This document shows positions 1 through 7,804 of a stretch of 22,164 nt of DNA, one piece after another. The stretch is from IMG/VR virus record IMGVR_UViG_2657245091_000012; one strand, given 5' to 3'. This DNA comes from a virus (lineage: Duplodnaviria; Heunggongvirae; Uroviricota; Caudoviricetes). The position numbers and the translations under genes were made by a program. Numbering within the stretch: the first letter of the stretch is position 1; every line of letters begins with the position of its first letter. The notes beneath the pieces were generated by a model. That model did no database searches, had not been told where the DNA came from, and saw only the letters and a program-made list of their open reading frames with translations.

Positions 1-256
1 CGTCGTTTTTAATCGACTCGACGTACTCGATATCTTCTTTTACCGGGTTAGTGTCGTCGAAACGCAGGTTGCACTGGCCTTTATAGTCCTGGGCGATCCC
101 GAAGTTCAGGCAGATAGATTTCGCATGACCAATATGCAGATAGCCATTCGGTTCCGGCGGGAAACGGGTATGTACTGTGGTGTGCTTACCACTGGCCAGA
201 TCTTCATCGATGATCTGACGAATAAAGTTAGTCGGGCGGGCTTCTGCCTCACTCAT
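1..256 (-). CDS. glnS: glutaminyl-tRNA synthetase, 5' portion (about 85 N-terminal codons; gene continues past the left edge)
   Basis: Reverse-complement translation from the ATG at 254-256 reads [85 protein letters not shown], which I recognise as the enterobacterial GlnRS N-terminus including the class I HIGH motif. Not in the ORF track because it runs off the window edge. Confidence 0.9.
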
Positions 257-448
257 TGTGGATTCCTCAAAGCGTAAACAACGTATAACAGCGTATGATC
301 TTATAAGCCGAATAGGCTGACAACCACTAGTTGATTAGAAATTGCTTTCTATCGTTATTTCAATAATGAGCTTTTTCATGAAGCCCACTTTTGCGCATAA
401 GTAAATTAATGACAAATGGTACACAATTGGAACCAAAAAGGATGTAAA

Positions 449-480
449 GGTGCACCAAATTAGTGGTGTATTGGTGCACC
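449..480. other. perfect 10-bp inverted repeat GGTGCACCAA / TTGGTGCACC with 12-nt spacer, inside a longer imperfect palindrome (about 429-489); candidate bidirectional terminator and/or partition-protein binding site
   Basis: Direct reading: 449-458 ggtgcaccaa and 471-480 ttggtgcacc are exact reverse complements; flanked by ggaaccaaa (429-437) and tttggttca (481-489); T-rich runs on both sides; lies about 45 nt downstream of the parG-like stop. Confidence 0.4.
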
Positions 481-524
481 TTTGGTTCAAGACTTTTTAA
501 GTTCTAAAACCAACCTGAAAGACT

Positions 525-812
525 TTATTTTGCTTCCTCAGACTCCGCTAACATGAGGATAGCATGGCGGATCATATTCAATTTGCTGCGATTATGCTTT
601 TTACTTAACGCATCAAGTACTTGGTACTCGTATTCATTGAAACCAACACGAATAGATTTAAAATCACGTGGAGCGTCCTTATCGAGCACTTTGTTGTCTT
701 CTGGTTGCTCACCCGGCACCAAATCAGCCTTACTGGCAAAATCCTCAATTCGGCGTTCAAGATCGGGGTCTTTTACTTCGGGGGCTTTTACCGATTTACG
801 AGGCTTAATCAC
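525..812 (-). CDS. parG: small partition protein, ParG-like (ribbon-helix-helix centromere-binding protein); GTG start
   Basis: 95-aa ORF directly downstream of and overlapping the ParA-like gene by 8 nt; basic N-terminus and C-terminal RHH-like segment (RVGFNEYEYQVLDALSKKHNRSKLNMIRHAI) resembling TP228 ParG; AGGAG about 7 nt upstream of the GTG. Confidence 0.65.
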   Translation of the reverse strand: MIKPRKSVKAPEVKDPDLERRIEDFASKADLVPGEQPEDNKVLDKDAPRDFKSIRVGFNEYEYQVLDALSKKHNRSKLNMIRHAILMLAESEEAK

Positions 813-1446
813 TTAATAACTCCTTAACCAACATCTGGATTTCACCTTTAGCTTTCCCGTTGTCCATCTCAACAACGCCCTTCCCTTCAGCCATGCAATC
901 GCGGTAAACCTTACGATCACGAATGATGGTTTTCAGCAACTTCAGTTGCGGATATTCAGCCAAGTACTCTTTGGCCTCATTGGTTTCATTCACAACCGGA
1001 TTGGATGGGGCCATTGTTAAGACTGCGAACGCCTTAATGCTAGGATTAGGCATCAGGTCCAAAGCCTCTTCAAACACTTCAACAAAGTGTGCCAGCGTGT
1101 CTAAATCTGGTTGAGATGGTCTGAATGGGACCAACACAATATCTGCAGCGGTTATGCCTGTACGCATCTCTTTGCTATCGCGCCCGGCTGTATCAACAAC
1201 TACAAATTCATAACGCTTATCCAGATCGAGAAGTGTTTCTCGAATATTACCAAACTTCTGGACACAATGAATTACAGGAGAAACCTCTGCCGTGTTACGG
1301 TCAGCTGCCCAGCGGGCAGCTGTTCCTTGCTTGTCTGCATCTAGTAACACTACATCCTTATTTGCGCGGGCAAGCTCCGCACAGATGTTTACGCTTGTGG
1401 TTGATTTTCCACAGCCACCTTTTTGGCTGACTACCAATATAATCAT
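805..1446 (-). CDS. parA: ParA/ParF-like small Walker-type partition ATPase (type Ib)
   Basis: Deviant Walker A KGGCGKST near the N-terminus, overall size (about 213 aa) and layout like ParF/Soj. The track's start at 1476 is a TTG; the ATG at 1444-1446 (MIILVVSQKGG...) with GAGGAA upstream is more plausible. Confidence 0.85.
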   Translation of the reverse strand: MIILVVSQKGGCGKSTTSVNICAELARANKDVVLLDADKQGTAARWAADRNTAEVSPVIHCVQKFGNIRETLLDLDKRYEFVVVDTAGRDSKEMRTGITAADIVLVPFRPSQPDLDTLAHFVEVFEEALDLMPNPSIKAFAVLTMAPSNPVVNETNEAKEYLAEYPQLKLLKTIIRDRKVYRDCMAEGKGVVEMDNGKAKGEIQMLVKELLSD

Positions 1447-1690
1447 ATCCGTTCCTCGGTGTGATTTTGGTATCAAAACGGTTCCAGATAAGAGCCTTTT
1501 TGATGCGGGACAGGCTCTATAATGGAGTCATTAATGTTTGGCAAAGTATAACATCAATCAGACCAAATACACCTTATATTGCATCCTATTTAACACGAAA
1601 TCAGCCCAAAATTGGAACCAGATACAAAATAACCCCATAACAGCACCTAAGTGGTACCAAACAAACACTAATTAGACACCATTAAGGCAT

Positions 1691-1713
1691 AAAAAAGGCT
1701 GCAATTTGCAGCC
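1691..1713 (-). terminator. rho-independent terminator downstream of parR (7-bp GC-rich stem ggctgca/tgcagcc, 3-nt loop, followed on the minus strand by a T6 run)
   Basis: Plus strand reads aaaaaa-ggctgca-att-tgcagcc; on the minus strand the hairpin is followed by TTTTTT; sits about 20 nt past the parR stop. Confidence 0.55.
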
Positions 1714-1733
1714 TTAAACCAGCACATCTTCTG

Positions 1734-2072
1734 TCAATCAGGTAGAGAGTCAGCTAGATTGCGCGCCGACGCGCTTTTGGCTACAAATTGCTCCTTCACT
1801 GGCTCAATGGAGGCAGGGCGCTCCTCAACCGCAGCTGGTAGTTCCAGGAAGGATGCCAGCATTTTTCGGATCAGCTCCGGGTTATTGTCTTCGGTCAGCA
1901 GGGAAGCCAGTAATCCTGGAAGCCTGCTATCGACTTCTCCCAGCGCAAGCCCTGCCAACAATGCAGTTCTTGCCATATCGCTATGTTTTTTTATCTTCTC
2001 GCTCGCCGCCTTTTCATTGGCATAAGCCTCTGGGCGAAGATAAATCATCACTTTCTTACGTTCCTGAGACAT
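1734..2072 (-). CDS. parR: ParR-like centromere-binding adaptor of a type II (ParMRC) partition system
   Basis: Segment ALLAGLALGEVDSRLPGLLASLLTEDNNPELIRKMLASFLE parallels R1 ParR as I recall it; immediately downstream of parM; start probably the second ATG (2072), which has GAGG at good spacing. Confidence 0.7.
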   Translation of the reverse strand: MSQERKKVMIYLRPEAYANEKAASEKIKKHSDMARTALLAGLALGEVDSRLPGLLASLLTEDNNPELIRKMLASFLELPAAVEERPASIEPVKEQFVAKSASARNLADSLPD

Positions 2073-2084
2073 GGACATACCTCG

Positions 2085-3041
2085 TTAACCGATTGCTTTC
2101 AGGCCATGAACAAGAGCAAGTTGCGGGTCATCCGCCACGAAGAAACGGTCATCACGAATATTAACTTGCACGCGAATTGCATCTGCCACCAGCGGTGCGC
2201 CACCACCGATCACCATGACATGCGTATATCCTTTAAAGTCGCCAATCACATCAAGAACGCGGGTACGCAGACGGTCAATGCTTGCGGCAATGGCCTTTTT
2301 CACATCACCAATCGCTGATGGGTCATTGATATTGTCGTTCAGATAATCTTCATCGTGGCGGTTAATAATGAGCTGATCCACATTGTAATTTGACGTTTCG
2401 GTATTGGCCCTTGCAAGTGCTTGCCTTACTTCCCTGGTGACCAAGGATACACCAAGATTCGAATCGCCAAAAACACGGGAAACTGCCGTCATTTGTCCAG
2501 CGACCATTGAAACATCAAGGGTAGTTCCACCCAAATCGACGATAAGAACAGAGTGGGCAGGGTTCAGATTGTCGCACAGGCTAATTCCCGCCGGGATAGA
2601 CTCCGGGCGTACCGTAACTTTCTTAATAGTGAATACATTGCCTTTATTCAGCGTGACGGGGCGCATAAGACTGGCTTTCTTGCGCTCGATGTTATCGAGA
2701 TTGTATTGCGCGTCGTCGTCGTAAAACTCTGCCAGAGGCAGCGTGACCACAATTTCTACTTCCTGCGGCTCAATACCGCTTGTCAGCAGGGCATGGTGAA
2801 CAGCCAGGACGTTAAGCGGGCTGTATTGCCATTCCACATTATTCGTCGGCAGAACATCTGGCGATATCAAGTCGTATGAATACTTTTCGTCGTCAATGAC
2901 ATAGTTAAACGGCTTGCCCGCACCAAATGTTGCTGACCATCCGCGCTTAAAGCTGTTAGGGCTGATGTGAGTGCGAGTTTCCCCGTCGTGCTCCCACAGC
3001 ATTTTGATATTGGTTGAACCATCATCGATAAAAATGCGCAT
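2085..3041 (-). CDS. parM: ParM actin-like partition ATPase (StbA/ParM family)
   Basis: N-terminus MRIFIDDGSTNIKMLW, then ISPNSFKRGW, VHHALLTSG, ESIPAG, LIVDLGGTTLDVS, GDSNLGVSLV and YTHVMVIGGGA closely parallel R1 ParM. The track start at 3065 is a GTG; the ATG at 3041 with upstream GGAG matches the ParM N-terminus. Confidence 0.9.
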   Translation of the reverse strand: MRIFIDDGSTNIKMLWEHDGETRTHISPNSFKRGWSATFGAGKPFNYVIDDEKYSYDLISPDVLPTNNVEWQYSPLNVLAVHHALLTSGIEPQEVEIVVTLPLAEFYDDDAQYNLDNIERKKASLMRPVTLNKGNVFTIKKVTVRPESIPAGISLCDNLNPAHSVLIVDLGGTTLDVSMVAGQMTAVSRVFGDSNLGVSLVTREVRQALARANTETSNYNVDQLIINRHDEDYLNDNINDPSAIGDVKKAIAASIDRLRTRVLDVIGDFKGYTHVMVIGGGAPLVADAIRVQVNIRDDRFFVADDPQLALVHGLKAIG

Positions 3042-3065
3042 CTTCTTGCTCCACTTCTGAGACAC

Positions 3066-3232
3066 ATTTGAGAATCAAAATGTAATTTTAAAAGAGAAGC
3101 ACCCAAAAATCCACACCAAACGAGATAAAAAAGAGCGCTTGTTGAGTTTATTTTGAGAATATCTTAATCACCCACTGAATGATGGTCTGATGGTGAGATT
3201 TATTTGAGAATGAATTGAGAATACAAAAATAT
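3066..3232. repeat. candidate parC-like centromere: at least five direct copies of TTGAGAAT-like motif upstream of parM
   Basis: tttgagaat at 3067-3075, 3152-3160 and 3213-3221, ttgagaat again at 3225-3232, and variants gttgagttt (3141-3149) and ggtgagatt (3201-3209), in the AT-rich leader between parM and the next gene. Confidence 0.45.
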
Positions 3233-3307
3233 TCCGAAATTTAACTCTCCGTTTGAATGACGAAATAACAAAGTGATGACAATAGGAGGATAACCAGGAG
3301 GTGAAGA

Positions 3308-3592
3308 ATGAGCGCAATAGCCACCAGCGACACCCTTTGTTCTGGTCACGGAGGATTTCCGCCGCGACTGGTAGCTGAAACCGTTCCCTGGTTCACCGTT
3401 AACGGTAAGCCAGTTGTTGTAGATGGTGCCATGTTTCCCAGTCACACTGACGGTAACAGTGCACATCCAGGGGCAGCTGTATCGACGCGAGTATGGTTTT
3501 CGATAGGTGGAAAGGGAGTTGTCTGTGTAGGCGATCCGCTTTCTTGTGGTTCTGTTATCGCCAACGGCGAGGATATTTTTCAGGTTGCATAA
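3308..3592 (+). CDS. PAAR-like repeat protein (putative tail spike tip)
   Basis: 94 aa with repeated Gly/His/Cys-rich segments typical of PAAR domains (CSGHGGFPP, VNGKPVVVDGAMFPSHTDG, IGGKGVVCVGDPLSCGSVIANG); strong SD aggagg upstream of the ATG. Confidence 0.65.
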   Translation: MSAIATSDTLCSGHGGFPPRLVAETVPWFTVNGKPVVVDGAMFPSHTDGNSAHPGAAVSTRVWFSIGGKGVVCVGDPLSCGSVIANGEDIFQVA

Positions 3593-4398
3593 TGCTTGAT
3601 TCAATAGGTGAAGTTAAAGCCTTCAAAATTCTGTCAGATGCCGGTATCTCTACACCAGAATCTATAACCATAAGCCGGGCAGCTTCTGTAAAAGCCTCAT
3701 CGCTCGCCAGCGCCATACAGGGAATAGTTCACGCCGATAAAACCTATCCTGATTCTGTTTCGGCCTGGACTACTCAATTGCTTGGCTTTTCTGAACAGCT
3801 CAATGAGGCCAGCAAAGCGTCTTCATTACTGGCTGATTCTCTTTCCCCATACACCAAGCCATCAGAGCTGTTACAGATGAAGATTGGCTGGGAATGCTAC
3901 GCAAAAGGTAACGAGCTGACCCCCATACCTGCTTTCGCCCTTGTTGAGGGAATGGGGAATGTTTCCATTCCGCAATCTCTAACGGACGCATTGACGGCGC
4001 TAAAACTTGATGCTCTGAAAACCGCCATGAACGCCATTAACGCAAAAATTGAAGCTGCCGGAAGTGCTGGTGGTGGTGAAAGCGATGGTGGACAGGGTGG
4101 TGCTGGGGGCGCTCAGGCTCCAGTCATTACTCAGGATGAAATTGATGCTTTACGGGAAGCAGTGACAGCCGCCGAAGTTTTACTCTCCGAAATTAACTCA
4201 GCAAGTGAGGGTGTCGTAGCCCTTACAGGTCGCATTAAAACGTCAACCACTCAGGCAACCAAAGGTTTAGAGAACGCTGTCGCCATCACGTTAACTGGTT
4301 CTCTACTGGATAATGCAGTAATGAGTCCGGCAATCAGTTTAATCATGCCACAAGGCGTTATCGATGCGCTCCAAAAGAACACCAAAAAGGAACCATAG
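3592..4398 (+). CDS. hypothetical protein (268 aa), translationally coupled to the PAAR-like gene (TAATG overlap); Ala/Ser-rich with an internal Gly-rich linker
   Basis: ATG at 3592-3594 overlaps the TAA of the PAAR gene in the same frame as track ORF 3493..4398; the longer track start would overlap the PAAR gene. No recognisable catalytic motif. Confidence 0.5.
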   Translation: MLDSIGEVKAFKILSDAGISTPESITISRAASVKASSLASAIQGIVHADKTYPDSVSAWTTQLLGFSEQLNEASKASSLLADSLSPYTKPSELLQMKIGWECYAKGNELTPIPAFALVEGMGNVSIPQSLTDALTALKLDALKTAMNAINAKIEAAGSAGGGESDGGQGGAGGAQAPVITQDEIDALREAVTAAEVLLSEINSASEGVVALTGRIKTSTTQATKGLENAVAITLTGSLLDNAVMSPAISLIMPQGVIDALQKNTKKEP

Positions 4399-4453
4399 AA
4401 ACACCACTTAGGCACACAATAGGATGTAAATTGGTACATGTTTAACACCAAAA

Positions 4454-4927
4454 ATGAACCTGAAGAGGATGGTTTTGAAAAAGATAATTTTGATTGTAAT
4501 TGCGCTTTTAGCCATTTCTGGAATTTACCGAACAACGACGGCAGTTATCGAACACATCAGGTATGTCCGATCGCTTGAAGACTCAAAATCACAACTGGAA
4601 AGCACGAACAACACGCTTTCTACCGCATTACAGTTAAGTGAGAACGCTCGCTCAGCCATGCTGACCGAAAACGAAAGAATTAAAGCACTGGAAAAGGAGT
4701 ACCAGCGCAAAACAGCAGAACTGAATGCCAACCTAATCAAACAACGAGAGGAAAGCCAGAATGAAATCACTCGCCTTGAAAATGCGTTACGCCGTGCTGG
4801 GATTAACGATGTGCGTGTGCCTGATGACGTTATCAGGATGCAGCGGGAACGGGCAAAAGCCATCAACCAGCGTGCCAGTGAAAATTACCGTAGAAGCCAC
4901 CAGCAAGCCGCAGGCAAATCTGATTGA
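4454..4927 (+). CDS. putative i-spanin (Rz-like): N-terminal transmembrane anchor plus coiled-coil periplasmic domain
   Basis: N-terminus MNLKRMVLKKIILIVIALLAISGIY is a signal-anchor-like TM segment; the rest is charged and heptad-like (ENERIKALEKEYQRKTAELNANLIKQREESQNEITRLENALRR). Confidence 0.55.
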   Translation: MNLKRMVLKKIILIVIALLAISGIYRTTTAVIEHIRYVRSLEDSKSQLESTNNTLSTALQLSENARSAMLTENERIKALEKEYQRKTAELNANLIKQREESQNEITRLENALRRAGINDVRVPDDVIRMQRERAKAINQRASENYRRSHQQAAGKSD

Positions 4928-5093
4928 TTACTCCCCTTGTTTAGTGCCAGAGGACACGCCAGTGCTGTTAAACAAGTATCCGACATACGCTGAACAGTTA
5001 TTCAGCACGATCGACGAATGCAACCAACGAAACGCACTGAATAACCAAAGAAACAGGGAGATTTGGGAAGGGAAGGGGGATCAAGGCTCCTGA
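4761..5093 (+). CDS. putative o-spanin (Rz1-like outer-membrane lipoprotein) starting inside the i-spanin gene in another frame
   Basis: Signal peptide with lipobox LSGC (MKSLALKMRYAVLGLTMCVCLMTLSGC); SD gaggaa 7 nt upstream of the ATG; overlaps the 3' end of the Rz-like gene by 167 nt, the classic overlapped spanin architecture. Confidence 0.55.
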   Translation: MKSLALKMRYAVLGLTMCVCLMTLSGCSGNGQKPSTSVPVKITVEATSKPQANLIDYSPCLVPEDTPVLLNKYPTYAEQLFSTIDECNQRNALNNQRNREIWEGKGDQGS

Positions 5094-5539
5094 AGCCAGA
5101 TGTCCTGGCTGTCAGCTTCTTCGAAACCGTGACAGACGTTAAAGTCACTCAAGCGATACTGACGCTGACGGCCTCTATTTCGCTCATGCCAATGCATATA
5201 TCCACCAGCAAATGCCAGCGGACAATCACTATAGTCTATGTAACCAATACCATTCCCCAAACGTGCTTCGCGCGCACCGGCTTTCCAGGACAGTAGAAAA
5301 GAGTCACGATCCGCCAGCATAACAACAAAATCGTCCGGATCTCCGATACAGTGAAGAATACCTGCCTTACATAACTGCTTGAGCGCTTTGGACTGGCTCA
5401 GGATGTCTTCTCCGTAATACTGAAAACAATCATCAACAACAGCGGGATAGCCTGCCGGGGGATTCAGGCTGGTTGGTATAGCTGACGCGATCGACAGCAT
5501 TAAGCGATATTGTGTTTTTGATGGGTTAACGTGGCTCAT
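5081..5539 (-). CDS. hypothetical protein (152 aa), second gene of a minus-strand two-gene unit
   Basis: ORF with ATG at 5537-5539 and AAGGGA SD; no recognisable motif; 3' end overlaps the o-spanin 3' end convergently. Confidence 0.4.
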   Translation of the reverse strand: MSHVNPSKTQYRLMLSIASAIPTSLNPPAGYPAVVDDCFQYYGEDILSQSKALKQLCKAGILHCIGDPDDFVVMLADRDSFLLSWKAGAREARLGNGIGYIDYSDCPLAFAGGYMHWHERNRGRQRQYRLSDFNVCHGFEEADSQDIWLQEP

Positions 5540-5555
5540 TTTGTCCCTTGTTTAC

Positions 5556-5948
5556 TCATTGTCGCCATGCGTTTTTTAACTCAGGAATATCTGCCATTTC
5601 AATTAACTTGCGAAGTCCAGCACTGACTTTCCCATTACCAACCATAGCAAGCCAATCTCTTACTGCTTTCGGCATGTAGAGCGTTGCTGTTACCGGCTCT
5701 TCAACCCTGGCAGGACATCCGCATACAGGCCATTTAATTGATTCCATAACTTCGGAGGCTGGGGTGAGGGCGGGGACATTGAGTATATCTCTACCAGAAA
5801 ACTGGATAACGATCCGTTCAGCTAGCGAGAGTATCTCACTTTCGGCAAGAATTGATGCCAACTGCGCCTCAACAAGAAAGCGACTTGTTGTGTTCAGAGA
5901 GTGGCTCTTAGCGCCATTTTTATACGAAACAAAGATTCGATACGCCAT
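5556..5948 (-). CDS. hypothetical protein (130 aa) with a C-terminal ribbon-helix-helix-like segment (possible DNA-binding regulator)
   Basis: C-terminal TATLYMPKAVRDWLAMVGNGKVSAGLRKLIEMA fits a beta-strand/helix/helix RHH pattern (Arc/MetJ/CopG-like); tightly spaced upstream of the 152-aa ORF. Confidence 0.4.
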   Translation of the reverse strand: MAYRIFVSYKNGAKSHSLNTTSRFLVEAQLASILAESEILSLAERIVIQFSGRDILNVPALTPASEVMESIKWPVCGCPARVEEPVTATLYMPKAVRDWLAMVGNGKVSAGLRKLIEMADIPELKNAWRQ

Positions 5949-6106
5949 AACTCTAATGATTTGTGTTAGAAAACTAAAATTAAATCACATAACAACATGC
6001 GTGTTAATATATTTTATTTTACTAAGCCTATTGACTAAATCACAAAGTATGTATTGTTAGCACGTCAAAAGAACCTTCACGCCGCGCCCGAATTTAGGGC
6101 TTAACC

Positions 6107-7804
6107 GTGAATAAAAACATTCAGCCAGCTCGTGATCGCGAGCGCGAGATTATGAATCGGGCGGCAAGCGTCATGGCTATGACCGTCGATCCGACCACCG
6201 ATGCAGCAGGCAACATGATTGCTGACCAGGCAGTAATGATGGAAAACCTGGATAAAGCAATCCAGAAAGTGCCTATGTTTGAAGGCGTAAATCCAGAGGT
6301 CGCTCGTCAGATCACTGGTGGGTGGGCTATGTCTCTGCATGAGTATAAACGTCAACATGGTCATTACCCGGCAAGTGACATCCTGGCGAACGCACACATG
6401 GCTCTTGAACGCCTGATGACTGAATGTGCCAGTGATACCCATGAAGGCACGGGTAAGGCAATGTTTGAGTCTGTCGCGCAATCAATGCGTAGCTCTGACG
6501 GCGTAATGAAAGTTGCTCAATATGCTGCTCTAATTCTGCCTGCCTCTCTGGGCGCTGCTACCAGTGATGCCTGTACTTTTGTTCCTTGTGATCGTGACGA
6601 GTCAAATATTTATGAACTGGTCAACGTAGCAGGCACAAAATTCGGCACCTTCAAACAAGGTGACGAACTGAATATGCAGTCAGCTGGTGTTTATTCTCAA
6701 ATGAAGCGCCTGTATACCCTTTCCACTAAAGGGGATGGCAGCACCAAAACCTTCCAGTTCGACATCCAAAATTTTGAGGGACAATCCTGCCCGCTTCGCG
6801 CTGGTTATAACAAACTGCTGATCAACCGCAAACCGTCCAAAGTTGACGACGGCGATGGCAACCTTTATTTCAATGCTAAAGACAGCAAAGGTAATGCTTT
6901 CTCAGCGACTGCCAAAGTTGCCTATGACACTGGTGTCATTGACATTACATTTACCCAGGCTCCGCCAGAAGGTACTGAAATTGCTGTTCAGGTCGAAATT
7001 AACATCGAGCGCAATCCAAGCCTGATTCCTGTGATCAACCAGGCTATGCGTAAGTACGAAGTTCGTCCGTCCCAGTACGTAATTGCTTCCGAACACACGG
7101 TAATGTCCGCATCCGATTTAAGCCGTGAGCACGGCCTTGAATTAGCGGCACTTCAGTTCTCCGCGATGCGTAACTGGATCTCCCATGAAACCGACATCAT
7201 GCGTCTGCGCACCCTGGTATTCCATACCGTTTATGGTCGTGAATTTGATGTGGCTCTGCCGGAAGCTCAAAACTATGAGTCCTGGGTCGGCCTCCTGCGT
7301 CACGTAGTAAACGCTCTGTCTCAAGAAATGGCAAATCGTACCCTGACAACGGGTATTCGTGGCGGCTTTGCTGGTGGTGACGCCGCGAACTTCCTGCGCT
7401 CTCTGCCTCCACAGCACTTCCAGATCGCACCAGGTTACGTTCAGTCGCCGTATGTACAGTACATCGGCACCCTGTTTGGCACGATTCGTATTTACGAAGT
7501 GCCGCAACCTGTCTGTGAGCAATTCCAGGCACAGGGATATGACTTCGGGCTGGATGACATCTTCTTCTATGGGCGTGGCGAAGGCATCGGTAAAGCCGGT
7601 CTGATTGCTGGTGATGCAGTCCCAGCAATCCCTTACGTGCACGAAACCAATCCGTCTCTCGTTAACCGTACCACTCTCTGGGGCAGTGCCATCAACGAAG
7701 TACATCCTCGCAACGGTGAAAACTACTTCACCCGCCTGCGTCTGACTCGTGCCAAAGAAGGTGCTATCGACATGCTGACAGGCAAGGTTAACGAAAAAAA
7801 GTGA
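6107..7804 (+). CDS. major virion structural protein, probably the major capsid protein (565 aa); GTG start
   Basis: Large ORF at the head of the structural block, followed by a stem-loop and an Ig-like protein gene and then the sheath gene; the capsid call is inferred from position and size, not from a recognised motif. The start is uncertain (GTG at 6107 or ATG at 6152). Confidence 0.45.
   Translation: MNKNIQPARDREREIMNRAASVMAMTVDPTTDAAGNMIADQAVMMENLDKAIQKVPMFEGVNPEVARQITGGWAMSLHEYKRQHGHYPASDILANAHMALERLMTECASDTHEGTGKAMFESVAQSMRSSDGVMKVAQYAALILPASLGAATSDACTFVPCDRDESNIYELVNVAGTKFGTFKQGDELNMQSAGVYSQMKRLYTLSTKGDGSTKTFQFDIQNFEGQSCPLRAGYNKLLINRKPSKVDDGDGNLYFNAKDSKGNAFSATAKVAYDTGVIDITFTQAPPEGTEIAVQVEINIERNPSLIPVINQAMRKYEVRPSQYVIASEHTVMSASDLSREHGLELAALQFSAMRNWISHETDIMRLRTLVFHTVYGREFDVALPEAQNYESWVGLLRHVVNALSQEMANRTLTTGIRGGFAGGDAANFLRSLPPQHFQIAPGYVQSPYVQYIGTLFGTIRIYEVPQPVCEQFQAQGYDFGLDDIFFYGRGEGIGKAGLIAGDAVPAIPYVHETNPSLVNRTTLWGSAINEVHPRNGENYFTRLRLTRAKEGAIDMLTGKVNEKK

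Noticed and set aside
3493-3591. Longer upstream start (3493) for the gene after PAAR
   Set aside because: It would overlap the PAAR gene by about 100 nt in another frame; the ATG at 3592 overlapping the PAAR stop (TAATG) is a cleaner coupled start.
3200-3604. 134-aa minus-strand ORF overlapping the PAAR-like gene
   Set aside because: Antisense to a gene with a clear PAAR-like translation and a strong SD; no supporting signals of its own.
4411-4450. Motif ggatgtaaa...tggtaca upstream of the spanin gene, resembling sequence near the parG-downstream palindrome (441-460)
   Set aside because: The match is short and overlaps general similarity to the iteron core (tgtaaaa); likely coincidental without further copies.
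6031-6059. Possible sigma-70 promoter (TTGACT -35) upstream of the capsid-like gene
   Set aside because: No convincing -10 hexamer at proper spacing; late structural promoters are often activator-dependent, so it is not called as a feature.
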